From: a virus | Lineage: Duplodnaviria; Caudoviricetes | Length of the DNA stretch: 33,394 bases | Virus record (IMG/VR): IMGVR_UViG_3300017784_001197 | Span: 1 to 33,394 of that record | Direction: 5' to 3' (one strand) | Part shown: positions 17,935 to 27,092 of the stretch, in pieces | How the letters are laid out: every line of letters begins with the position of its first letter | How positions within the stretch are numbered: the first letter of the stretch is position 1 | Translations under genes and position numbers: made by a program | The notes under the pieces: model-generated | What the model saw: the letters and a program-made list of their open reading frames with translations, nothing else | The model's database searches: none | Told to the model about the DNA's origin: nothing

Positions 17935-18345
17935 TTAAAGTTTGATTATCATTTCTTTGTTATAACTATCCCCTTCTTCGTATCCAATTGACTTATACAC
18001 GTTAACCAATGAGGGGTGTTTGATTAATGCGTACACATATTTAAACCCAAGGTTCTTGCAAGTCGCTGTCAATATCTCAATTAACATTAATAGCGCTTCC
18101 TTTCTCTCGGGTTTCTTTTTATATTGCTTGTTCGATATGATCCAATCCACCCATGCCGCGCTGGAGTTGGTGGTATAAAAGAAGCCGGCACACACAGGTG
18201 TGTCGTCATCCAATACAATGATACCACTCAAGCCACCTTCTGGTAGGAAGTCTCTTGCCGGCGCTGCCCATCCCCAATCACCCCACCATTTTACTAAAAT
18301 GGTATCGTAATCTGTGGGTGTCAGTAGCCTAGCATGGAGTGCCAT
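17935..18345 (-). CDS. GNAT-fold acetyltransferase-like protein
   Basis: ARLLTPTDY start, GIIVLDDDTPVCAGFFY, AWVDWIISN and LVNVYKSIGYEE (GNAT C-terminal Y.k.Gf motif). Sits between the nozzle and ejection genes. Confidence 0.65.
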   Translation of the reverse strand: MALHARLLTPTDYDTILVKWWGDWGWAAPARDFLPEGGLSGIIVLDDDTPVCAGFFYTTNSSAAWVDWIISNKQYKKKPERKEALLMLIEILTATCKNLGFKYVYALIKHPSLVNVYKSIGYEEGDSYNKEMIIKL

Positions 18346-18352
18346 ATACTTA

Positions 18353-18360
18353 CAAAGATA
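18353..18360 (-). promoter_or_regulatory. Bacteroidota-type -7 promoter element (TATCTTTG)
   Basis: Matches TAnnTTTG in the 23-bp gap upstream of the GNAT-like ATG. No clear -33 element. Confidence 0.6.
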
Positions 18361-18368
18361 TTATTTTT

Positions 18369-19175
18369 TTAAGGATAACTTTTCATCACTTCAGACTCAA
18401 GTGTAAACAACTCTATTTTGTTGGTATTGTCATTGGTTAGGGTGAACACACAGTAGTGTCCAAGCAAGCCATGAGACTCCGCAATAGAGTTCTTTATGTA
18501 CATTGTGTATGGGTCTTGGATCAAAGGAATATTACCACCAATGATGGTTGTATCTACTACCAATTGGTTTACACCATTCCTCAAGTCCACATTGATGCCA
18601 GTTACTTCACCAAACAAAATTGGCGTAGAGTATGTAGGTGGGAGTGAGTAGTACAAGTAATCGCCAATCGATATGATGCTACCTATCGAGATCAATGGAG
18701 AAATGGAGTAATTCACCAACACCGCAGATGGAAAGGTAGACACGATCGTCGCGCTCCGTCCGATACCATTGACAGATCTAAGTGGGTATTCTGCTTGACT
18801 TGCCGGGACTGTACCTGCGTTTCTGATGAACGCGAAGTACGCTTGCTCCTTCTTCTCAAAGTAGTTCGCCAAGATAAAGCCATCCGTTTGGATATCCGTG
18901 TATAGATCTACATCCCACGTGTCGTCCCCTTCGATGTTGATTGTCTTGAACAATTTGTTAATCAATGGGGACTCGTTGAATACACTTTGAATTGTAGATG
19001 GATAGTTTACGCCATAGAATCTATTGCGCGTAGCGTTTACGTTGTGTCTGTACAGATTACCTTTATTGAATGTATAGAAGTAATTGTTCATGCCGATCAT
19101 AAAATCGGGATTGTATGAGTAGAACGATGGCCATCCTTCTGCGCTTGGACTATATGTAAGTGTATAATTTGGCAT
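18369..19175 (-). CDS. Tail structural protein resembling the C-terminal part of a nozzle/stabilization protein
   Basis: YTLTYSPSAEGWPSFYSYNPDFMIGMNNYFYTFNKGNLYRHN...NRFYG...VFNESPLINKLFKTINIEG resembles the late beta-propeller region of Bacteroidota phage stabilization proteins (recognised from memory). Confidence 0.6.
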   Translation of the reverse strand: MPNYTLTYSPSAEGWPSFYSYNPDFMIGMNNYFYTFNKGNLYRHNVNATRNRFYGVNYPSTIQSVFNESPLINKLFKTINIEGDDTWDVDLYTDIQTDGFILANYFEKKEQAYFAFIRNAGTVPASQAEYPLRSVNGIGRSATIVSTFPSAVLVNYSISPLISIGSIISIGDYLYYSLPPTYSTPILFGEVTGINVDLRNGVNQLVVDTTIIGGNIPLIQDPYTMYIKNSIAESHGLLGHYCVFTLTNDNTNKIELFTLESEVMKSYP

Positions 19176-19184
19176 GTCTTAGTA

Positions 19185-20483
19185 TTATGGGCAACCACAC
19201 ACTGTGAATACAGGCGTTAAGTTAGTAACTATTGAGTTTGTTTTTGCACATATCGTAGCCGTAGCACCCGGAATAACTGTAGTGCTCTGAGGAGCGCCAG
19301 CACAATCAAGGTAACTAACACCCTCGGTCAATAGTGTGTTGTTAGTGATGTCGTACGTATTACATATGTCGTCACAGGTTACAAATGGTATTACCGCATT
19401 GATGCTATCTACTGCTGTTCCTCCGCTAAAGGCAATGACAGAGTATACGCAATCCACTACACCGGTCAATGTGACAATGTCACCTAGGTTAACCGGGCTT
19501 GCAGATGATACAATCAATTCTTGTCCATCACCACAACGAGATATGCGATAGTTATTTCCATAAACGCATGTTCCGAACTGAACGATCACTCCATTCTGAA
19601 CTTGGAACCAATCGTTTGGTGGAGGGCATGAACTTGGTGAGTGGTAGAAGCCATCAGGGAGAACAAATTCTCCGTTGACATCTTGGAATACCCAGTCGTA
19701 AAGACCAAATGTACCAGCCCCACCGTTTACATATTCCACAAAATACTGCTGATCAATAGAGTCGGCACATGCAAGAAGAGCACTTGTATTGACATCACTA
19801 CTAGAGAAAGTCGTCAATGGTACGGGGCAAGCAATGGTTACATCAAACTGAGACAATGGGCACGCAGCGATTATATTGATTTGCATCGTCGTTGGTGATG
19901 GCGAAGTCTTTGGTATAACGATAAAGCATGGACCGGGGTTAGTGGCTGTCAAATCCAATTGACTTGACAATACATTAACAGTTTCAGGGAATGCAGTTAC
20001 GGTAAACACTCCTCCATAGAATACATACTTATCTAATACGTGAGGGCTGTTTGCAACGATACCACAATCAGAAGCAGTTTCACCAACGTATGTTGGCAAG
20101 TTTGCTGCACCCGCTAAGTACCCAAAGTTTGTTGAACTCATCTCATTATAAACCACTCCATTATAGATCACCTCAACACCTAGAGGTACTGTGTATGGAT
20201 CAAACTCAATAACAACTGCACCCGTTGATGATCCTAGTTCGATTGCTATCTCGTAGTATCCACCAGTAGCAGAGTATTCAGATATTGGGAATCCACCACA
20301 GGCATCCGCACACGCAGGGCAAAGTTGCTGAGGAAGTAATACGCAAGAGACTTGCTCTCTTACGATCACCCCATCAAAGTAAAACCCATCGGGTGCACAG
20401 AGGGCTAAGTTTGGATCAGTGAACACGGCGGTCGCTGACCCAAGTGATGGTCCGTTTAAGTAGTATGTTGAACTAGTTGCCAT
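19185..20483 (-). CDS. Cys-rich, acidic, beta-rich putative tail/virion surface protein
   Basis: 432 aa with 20 Cys and only about 6 Lys+Arg by hand count. Internal VFxD...PDGFY repeat. Lies within the tail cluster. Confidence 0.65.
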   Translation of the reverse strand: MATSSTYYLNGPSLGSATAVFTDPNLALCAPDGFYFDGVIVREQVSCVLLPQQLCPACADACGGFPISEYSATGGYYEIAIELGSSTGAVVIEFDPYTVPLGVEVIYNGVVYNEMSSTNFGYLAGAANLPTYVGETASDCGIVANSPHVLDKYVFYGGVFTVTAFPETVNVLSSQLDLTATNPGPCFIVIPKTSPSPTTMQINIIAACPLSQFDVTIACPVPLTTFSSSDVNTSALLACADSIDQQYFVEYVNGGAGTFGLYDWVFQDVNGEFVLPDGFYHSPSSCPPPNDWFQVQNGVIVQFGTCVYGNNYRISRCGDGQELIVSSASPVNLGDIVTLTGVVDCVYSVIAFSGGTAVDSINAVIPFVTCDDICNTYDITNNTLLTEGVSYLDCAGAPQSTTVIPGATATICAKTNSIVTNLTPVFTVCGCP

Positions 20484-20495
20484 TTTGTTTTATTT

Positions 20496-23400
20496 TTATG
20501 GACATCCACAATCTTGAAGTACTGTGATATCGATGTCGCCTGAGATTACTATTGGACCCGTTCCGTTCTGAGCACATACGTTTGCCAATTCACCCGGAGG
20601 AATCATGATAGGTATGGTTGGTCCGCCCGCGCATGGTATGTAATCCACTTGCCCCGTTGTTACTCCGTTGTTTTGGAACTCGTAGTAAGAACATGGATCA
20701 ACACAAGGAGTACAACTGCAACATACATCTTGTATGGTTGTGTTTGAAAAACATAACTCAACTGCCGCTGATGCTCTTAAATCCCAAATCAAATACAAGT
20801 AAGCATCCAATGTTCCAGAGTTAAATGTAGATTGGTTTGCGTTACCGCTTGTGGTTATTGGTGTAGCCAAGTTAGATGCAACGAGCAAGGCATTGATGTC
20901 AACAGAGTTGTTTAAGTACAATGTGTTTGTTCTCAAGTATCTGAACGTGTCATTCGCTACATCAAAATCAAATGTATCTGTAGATAATTTGTTTGAGATA
21001 ATGCTAACCGTGCTGTTGTCTGTTGGTATATTACCCGCGCCTTGTGGTCCTGTACTTACATTGTATCTTGAAACCAATGGGCTAATTGTGCCAGAGATAA
21101 ATGTAACACCGGCAGATTGCAATGGAGAGATGTAAGCACCATCTATATACCTGTATTGGGCATGGATAGTCTGACCTGCATCACTATTACTAGTGAGCAT
21201 CACCTCGATTACGCTCATTATCTGCTGCACAGGGCAATCAACAGTCACTGTCAATGTAACGATGCCAGTGGTTGTGATTACTAGGCTTACAATGTCCTCA
21301 CTGCCAGAGTTTTTATTGAAGCTCAACACCCCAGACGTATTTATGAATCCAGTCTGATAGATGTTTGAATTGTAGTCAGCCTCGATATTAAACGTAGCAC
21401 CCGGATCAACTGAAGCGGTATAGTTTATATTCAAGTTACCAACATATGGACCTACGTTTACGCAGTAACTAAATGTTGATCCGCCCGGCAAGAAGAAACT
21501 AAACGTCTGACTCACTCCGCAAGCCAAGCATTGTTCTACCACAGGAAGGTCAATTTCATTAGAAACCAATACGTACTCATTCATGTACGGATCATACCCT
21601 CCAAGTTTCTGAGTGTTGAATGCTGAAATGAATTCATCACGGAACCAACTCCTCATTCCCAATTCAGAAACCACGGCTAACTGATCGCTCGCATATGAGT
21701 CACCTCTCAATTGTAATACAGCACCGCGCTTTACATCGGTAAAGTATCTATCGTAACCCCACTGAACATAACTCTCTGGGTTAAAACTAATACCATAGTT
21801 TTCAACTTTAGCCACCTGATTTCCTAATACTTCTGGAACTGATGTAAGCGCACTACCTGCTCCGGCATCAGATAGAATGTTCTTTCCTACAAGTACATAG
21901 GATATTTTGTCCTCTTGAAGAACAAGCATGTCCGTTCTGCGGCCATCCAATATGTAGATAGGCCCGAAGGAATCTTCCAATGCTTTGAAGTTGAGTATAC
22001 CTAAGTTAAACTCATTCAGCCTATTGAGATTCGATTCGTCATTATATATACCACTATAGGTAACGTCAGCGTAGCGATCTACCTGTCTGTAGTCTTGCTC
22101 TGATACCGATGTTACTCTATTGCCTAGATTGAATGGTCTTCCAACGACAGAGTCTCTGATTTTGTAACTCTCTGCTCCGTTACCGAAAGCAAAACAGTTG
22201 AAGAACTTCGTGTCTACCACGCCAGCAATCCCCAAAGCAATATCTTGATTCGTTACGTTACCACTATGGTTGCCATCTATATCGATTGAGAAAGACAAAT
22301 CGTTCTCAAAGAATACATCTGGTAATGCATCGATTGGCTGCGTCTCAAATATTAAAGTGGTATCTGCTCTGAACACCTCAACGTTGGCGGTGATACTAGA
22401 CCTCCTCTTAGTAGCGCTGAATGCACCAGAACAACTGTTCGTTCCGGTAACCAACAATAGTAATTGGTTTGATAAAAGGTCTCTATAGAATCTGTAATAA
22501 TTGGTACATAGCGCAGTGGGAATATCTACGTTGTTGTTCGTTATTGTTGGGATGTATTGGTTATCTACCGCGCAATTGTTTCCGCCAACATCACTAATAC
22601 CATCATTCAATATTGCTTGCACATTGTCTCCGTTCCACCAATCAACCATGTTGTCATAGTTTGCCGATGCAACCAATGTTTTATCCAATGTATAGATACG
22701 CCTTTCACACTTTTTATTTCCGTCACCTGTACCCAAACGCTCGAACTTGAAGTACAAACGAATCCGACTTCCAGCGGGTACATCGTAGTCCACATATGTA
22801 GATGTTACTGTGTCAAATCTGTTCATTGGGTACCCAAGCAATGGATACTCGTTTGCATTATCTTGATTGACTACTCTTTTGCCCGGCGCAATGATAGCCA
22901 ACTCATCGTTAACCACATTGAAACTGTTCGGGTTGATCTTCATGTAAACGCCTGATGGCACAGGGAGATTCACCGATGGATCCAATGTGCTTGGTATGGT
23001 GATGAAGTCCGCTGCTTTGGATTCTTTCTCAAGAACTGTAGCGTATACGCATTGCTGAGTAGGGCCAGTAGTGTCGGCCTTTACAATTAATCTGTCTCCT
23101 GTTTCAACTTTCTTTGAATTTTCGCCTTCCAATAGGAAGTACGCATCATTTGAATATGGGTCAAGAAAGAATATAGATGTGTAAATGGTCTCATAATTTT
23201 CTTCATCGGGCTTGATTACGAACTTGTATCTCTTTGCCCAAACTGGCGCTACCTGTGTTACCGGTATCGTTACGTATATAGAGTTCTGATTTGCAGAGTA
23301 AGCGCAAGGGATGTGAGTGGTGTTCTGCTCACTAACCAATGCAGTGGTTGAGCGATTAAACTCATCCATGTACACAATACCAATCTCATAATCCCTATTA

Positions 23401-25151
23401 CTATGAAGGCTTTGAGGATTGGCAATCTCTTGGAATGTGGCTTCAACAAATGTAACCTCGTAGTACTCATAGATTTGAACTGTTGGAGTATTCGTGTTGT
23501 CAACGTATTCTATTGCCGGTAATTGAAAGCCAATCACTGTACTAGCAGGGCTTGTGATAACAGCAATAGGCTGGCCAACTGCACTGATACCACTAGCAAA
23601 CTTAATCAAAGCGTCCAAGTTGTTAGGCGCTGCGCAGTTCACTTGGTCGGTAAGTGTTGTTCCATCACACGATGTTTCTGTACCGGGGACAGAAGAGAAT
23701 ACAGGCTTGATATTTCCTGTTGTACCTACCGCTTCTTCGAACTCTGGACTTGTTGCTAATGCATAAACAGATGAGTACGAAGTAGATAGGTAGAACGAAA
23801 AGGTTAAAGATATGTTTGTGGTGGTCTCAGATGGAACAGGAGAACCACTAAAAGATTGGTGATTGAATGTAAACTCTACGCTTATTGCAGAGCCTGCCAC
23901 TAGGTCGGCACCTACCAAGTCAATCTCAAATATAGAAGCAGGGATCGTTTGAACCCCATCAATACTGTAAGTACCTGTGCTTGTAGAATCTAGGATTTCT
24001 GTTTCACCAATTATCTCAGTTACTAAACTAGTTTGATATTCCAACTTCACAGGAAAGCCATCTTTATCAATCAAGTCATAGCCTTCTACGTAGTTACCGT
24101 ACATCAAGCGGTTACCCATTAATGTCTGAGCCTTTGCTAGCAATGGCACATTGTCATAGAGTCTGAGCAGTTCTGATGTAGGCAATAGAGTGAAAATCTT
24201 GCTGTTGTTAAAAGTGAATGTCACATCCACATTGTCACCGGTAGTCTTGTCTAGTCTCTCGATAACGCGGATCACGTTTCCGCTCGCTTCTTTGAATAGC
24301 AAATCAAAACCAACTACTAACGGACCTCCAGTATTGTATGTAACCTCCACAGCGTTCGCTCTGTTAATCATTCCCTCGTTTAGATAACTATCTATACTAA
24401 ATTGAAATGGGTTCGGTAGAAACGCTGGTGGTGAGAACTGAGACGTTGCTGAATACTCTCCATCTGCGTACCTATATCTATAAGCAAAGCAAATAAACCT
24501 CGTTTGAAGGAAGTTATCTTGACCGCCAGTCACAATAGGATTGATTGTTGGAGACTCAGCCGGTGGCTTTTTTACAACAAGGATTGACTCAGCACTGCAT
24601 TGATATTCATTTGTGGAAGGGTCTGGATTTGGATACCCTCTGCGTACATTGATGAACCTTGGTGGGTTGTAATCATCCGTAAAGAACAATAAACTCTCAT
24701 CAAGATTACCTGTCTTTACTATATCAACACCAGTGATTAGATATTTTGGATTGAAGTTTAGCGTGGTATTGTCACCATTAGTATCATCGATGCTGATGAT
24801 GTGGTAGGTTAATATATTTGTTAATACATTAAAGGAAACAATCATATCAAGTTTACCGGTGGCACCAACTGGAAAGTTGGAGTCATGAATAAACCAATAG
24901 ATGGTTTCTTTCTCTCCATCAGCAAGTGTTCCTATACATCTGGCATCTGCACTCAATGGCGTGCCATCTATGTAGGTCAATGTGGTCAAGGATACGTTAC
25001 CCTTTGAGTTCTCTATGACACCTATCTCTGATTGCTCAGTGGCACCCATACGAACATTGAGAGCATCGATATATTGCCCGTCAGGAATAAGGCGTTCATC
25101 GACGGCCTTATTCATTTTACCTGCTATGAAATTCCTTGTAGTGTTCGCCAT
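20496..25151 (-). CDS. Tail nozzle / stabilization protein (tail tubular protein B-like) with Cys-rich C-terminal extension
   Basis: N-terminal NFIAGKMNKAVDERLIPDGQYIDALNVR, FFTDDYNPPRFIN, FAYRYRYADGEYSATSQFS, GNRLMYGNYVEGYD, YGISFNPES, YFTDVKRGAVLQL and LGGYDPY motifs. Follows the adaptor genes. Confidence 0.72.
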   Translation of the reverse strand: MANTTRNFIAGKMNKAVDERLIPDGQYIDALNVRMGATEQSEIGVIENSKGNVSLTTLTYIDGTPLSADARCIGTLADGEKETIYWFIHDSNFPVGATGKLDMIVSFNVLTNILTYHIISIDDTNGDNTTLNFNPKYLITGVDIVKTGNLDESLLFFTDDYNPPRFINVRRGYPNPDPSTNEYQCSAESILVVKKPPAESPTINPIVTGGQDNFLQTRFICFAYRYRYADGEYSATSQFSPPAFLPNPFQFSIDSYLNEGMINRANAVEVTYNTGGPLVVGFDLLFKEASGNVIRVIERLDKTTGDNVDVTFTFNNSKIFTLLPTSELLRLYDNVPLLAKAQTLMGNRLMYGNYVEGYDLIDKDGFPVKLEYQTSLVTEIIGETEILDSTSTGTYSIDGVQTIPASIFEIDLVGADLVAGSAISVEFTFNHQSFSGSPVPSETTTNISLTFSFYLSTSYSSVYALATSPEFEEAVGTTGNIKPVFSSVPGTETSCDGTTLTDQVNCAAPNNLDALIKFASGISAVGQPIAVITSPASTVIGFQLPAIEYVDNTNTPTVQIYEYYEVTFVEATFQEIANPQSLHSNRDYEIGIVYMDEFNRSTTALVSEQNTTHIPCAYSANQNSIYVTIPVTQVAPVWAKRYKFVIKPDEENYETIYTSIFFLDPYSNDAYFLLEGENSKKVETGDRLIVKADTTGPTQQCVYATVLEKESKAADFITIPSTLDPSVNLPVPSGVYMKINPNSFNVVNDELAIIAPGKRVVNQDNANEYPLLGYPMNRFDTVTSTYVDYDVPAGSRIRLYFKFERLGTGDGNKKCERRIYTLDKTLVASANYDNMVDWWNGDNVQAILNDGISDVGGNNCAVDNQYIPTITNNNVDIPTALCTNYYRFYRDLLSNQLLLLVTGTNSCSGAFSATKRRSSITANVEVFRADTTLIFETQPIDALPDVFFENDLSFSIDIDGNHSGNVTNQDIALGIAGVVDTKFFNCFAFGNGAESYKIRDSVVGRPFNLGNRVTSVSEQDYRQVDRYADVTYSGIYNDESNLNRLNEFNLGILNFKALEDSFGPIYILDGRRTDMLVLQEDKISYVLVGKNILSDAGAGSALTSVPEVLGNQVAKVENYGISFNPESYVQWGYDRYFTDVKRGAVLQLRGDSYASDQLAVVSELGMRSWFRDEFISAFNTQKLGGYDPYMNEYVLVSNEIDLPVVEQCLACGVSQTFSFFLPGGSTFSYCVNVGPYVGNLNINYTASVDPGATFNIEADYNSNIYQTGFINTSGVLSFNKNSGSEDIVSLVITTTGIVTLTVTVDCPVQQIMSVIEVMLTSNSDAGQTIHAQYRYIDGAYISPLQSAGVTFISGTISPLVSRYNVSTGPQGAGNIPTDNSTVSIISNKLSTDTFDFDVANDTFRYLRTNTLYLNNSVDINALLVASNLATPITTSGNANQSTFNSGTLDAYLYLIWDLRASAAVELCFSNTTIQDVCCSCTPCVDPCSYYEFQNNGVTTGQVDYIPCAGGPTIPIMIPPGELANVCAQNGTGPIVISGDIDITVLQDCGCP

Positions 25152-25152
25152 G

Positions 25153-26076
25153 TTACTTTATCCACTTGTCCATGCCACGAAGACTCATCAATAGTCTGCC
25201 GGGATGAATGTTGCTCAATCTTATTTTTGCGTTTCTAAGTAATGCAGACTTTTCTTTTCTTGCTCTAGCCACAACGTACTCTTGTACACCCAACTTTGAA
25301 CTAAGTATCTCGTACTGAATATAGGCATACACATATTTTTCAAACAACTTATTAACAGTTATCAAAGAATCATCTCCGTTCTCCCTACCATCTGATACAT
25401 ACTCAACGATACATTGTTGATCTGACATGTCAGAGTTGAAGTTGATTACACCTGCCTTCTTGTCGATGGCGAATGTTGGGTTGAAGTTTGCTAACTCTGT
25501 TTCTAATCCAAAGCGCGCGCCGATGCCATAGTCAAAATACCAATTGCCATCAATGTTCCAACCCTCTTGCCCGTCAAACATTGCGCCCGGATTCAAGTAG
25601 ATGTTTCTCTTGGTTCCCTTCAAGCGCTCCATGTCTATCTGAGAGTTCTGTGGTTGTAATATATTCCCGTTCTGATCGAATAGGATATTGGCTTTACTAT
25701 CTTGCAAGTAAGCGCTAGAAGAAAGTATCTGAACGTTCTCTGTCATTGGTCTCAATAGACCATCTCTGAACAAAGAAATACGTACCCAATTGACAAAATC
25801 GCTAGGGAGAATGTACCTCAAGTTACTACCAACGGTAAGTTCAAGGACTTTAATCTCCTTGAATGCATCGTAGTTCAACTCTTGCACCGCTCTCTTTGCG
25901 TGGAATAGTATCCGATACCGCTCCTCGTTGTTGACTAGTGAGTGGTTGCCCGCATACATCAACTGAAAGTTCTTGACGATATCTTGTAGACTTACATATT
26001 GGTATGAGCCCCAGTTCTCATTCTCTGGAGTAGCACCGCTGTTTTCGTAGTATTGATATTGGGATATATAAGCCAT
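25153..26076 (-). CDS. Putative head-tail adaptor / ring structural protein
   Basis: 307-aa ORF between the capsid and nozzle genes, with ILPSDFVNWVRIS motif. Function from synteny. Confidence 0.55.
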   Translation of the reverse strand: MAYISQYQYYENSGATPENENWGSYQYVSLQDIVKNFQLMYAGNHSLVNNEERYRILFHAKRAVQELNYDAFKEIKVLELTVGSNLRYILPSDFVNWVRISLFRDGLLRPMTENVQILSSSAYLQDSKANILFDQNGNILQPQNSQIDMERLKGTKRNIYLNPGAMFDGQEGWNIDGNWYFDYGIGARFGLETELANFNPTFAIDKKAGVINFNSDMSDQQCIVEYVSDGRENGDDSLITVNKLFEKYVYAYIQYEILSSKLGVQEYVVARARKEKSALLRNAKIRLSNIHPGRLLMSLRGMDKWIK

Positions 26077-26079
26077 GGT

Positions 26080-27015
26080 TTATGGTTGTTGTTGGGCTTG
26101 TTGTGTCATTCCGAATTGAACTACCTCAGTCTCTCTGATAGACATACCGGCGTATTCCAATATCTTGGTAGCCAACTTGTACTCATAGTCTGGAGACAAT
26201 TCAAAATCTTGGTAGTCGGGTTGCGTCTGATCAAATACAGGCTCACCACCTGCCAAACTAATGTATGTCCACTTTGGAACAAATGGGTATCTGAAGTAGT
26301 TGGCAATCACTTGGCCCGGAACCTTATAACTCACAGGTGTGATTGTCATTACATTGGCCTGCTGTGTGTATGTAGGGAATAAAGTTGATGGGGCTGTGAG
26401 CATTGACGTGTTCAATAATGTTGATTTTGATTGTGTCAATTTCTCTGCCTCTGTCGCTGCGCTTGCTTTTAATACCAAGAAGTTAGCAGGAGTTGTGGTG
26501 AATATGTTGTTGTCCAACAATAAAACTGTGTTGCTAGAAACCAATATTACATTAGCCACTGTATTTGTGGTGGTATTAACTACTACATCCCCGGCAACAA
26601 TTCCTGCTGTCGTGAAAGTAGCACCACTATCAACCAACTGAAAAGATACCACAGAAGTGTTGGCTCCACTGTCTAGCACCGTTGGATAGCATATAATCTT
26701 TACTATCATATAGTACTCATCGCCAGTAGTGGTCGAACTTGGTAGCAAAAACACGCTGCCTGCAAAGTTTTGAAGAGGGTTGTTGGAAATAAAAAGTTCC
26801 ATCGCTTCTTCGTAAGTTCTTTTTAAGTCTGCGTAGTCAGTACCAGACTCGCGCCTGTTCTCCATCGTGATGACTTTGTTGTAGTCAAAGAACATCTCTT
26901 CGTACAATTCCATCTGTGCTTGACTAGCAAACAAGTTGAAGTCTGATGGAGATATATATCCGTAATTGTTCTTATTCAATATGGACAACACGGTATTTCT
27001 TACTTCATTAATCAT
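26080..27015 (-). CDS. Putative adaptor/ring (tail tubular protein A-like) structural protein
   Basis: MINEVRNTVLSILNKNNYGYISPSDFNLFASQAQMELY...YFRYPFVPKWTY...DFEL...KILEYAGMSIRE. ATG 27015 chosen because the 27042 start overlaps the terminator and promoter. Confidence 0.6.
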   Translation of the reverse strand: MINEVRNTVLSILNKNNYGYISPSDFNLFASQAQMELYEEMFFDYNKVITMENRRESGTDYADLKRTYEEAMELFISNNPLQNFAGSVFLLPSSTTTGDEYYMIVKIICYPTVLDSGANTSVVSFQLVDSGATFTTAGIVAGDVVVNTTTNTVANVILVSSNTVLLLDNNIFTTTPANFLVLKASAATEAEKLTQSKSTLLNTSMLTAPSTLFPTYTQQANVMTITPVSYKVPGQVIANYFRYPFVPKWTYISLAGGEPVFDQTQPDYQDFELSPDYEYKLATKILEYAGMSIRETEVVQFGMTQQAQQQP

Positions 27016-27029
27016 GTTATTGTTTAAAG

Positions 27030-27037
27030 CAAAGATA
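27030..27037 (-). promoter_or_regulatory. Bacteroidota-type -7 promoter element (TATCTTTG)
   Basis: TAnnTTTG immediately after a terminator and 14 nt before ATG 27015. Confidence 0.65.
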
Positions 27038-27040
27038 AAC

Positions 27041-27071
27041 AAAAAAAAAGAGGGAGCGTTTGCCCCCTCTC
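27041..27071 (-). terminator. Rho-independent terminator
   Basis: The - strand reads AGAGGGGGC-AAAC-GCTCCCTCT (one G-U pair) followed by a long T run. Confidence 0.85.
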
Positions 27072-27092
27072 ATTGATAAGAAATAAAGTTTA

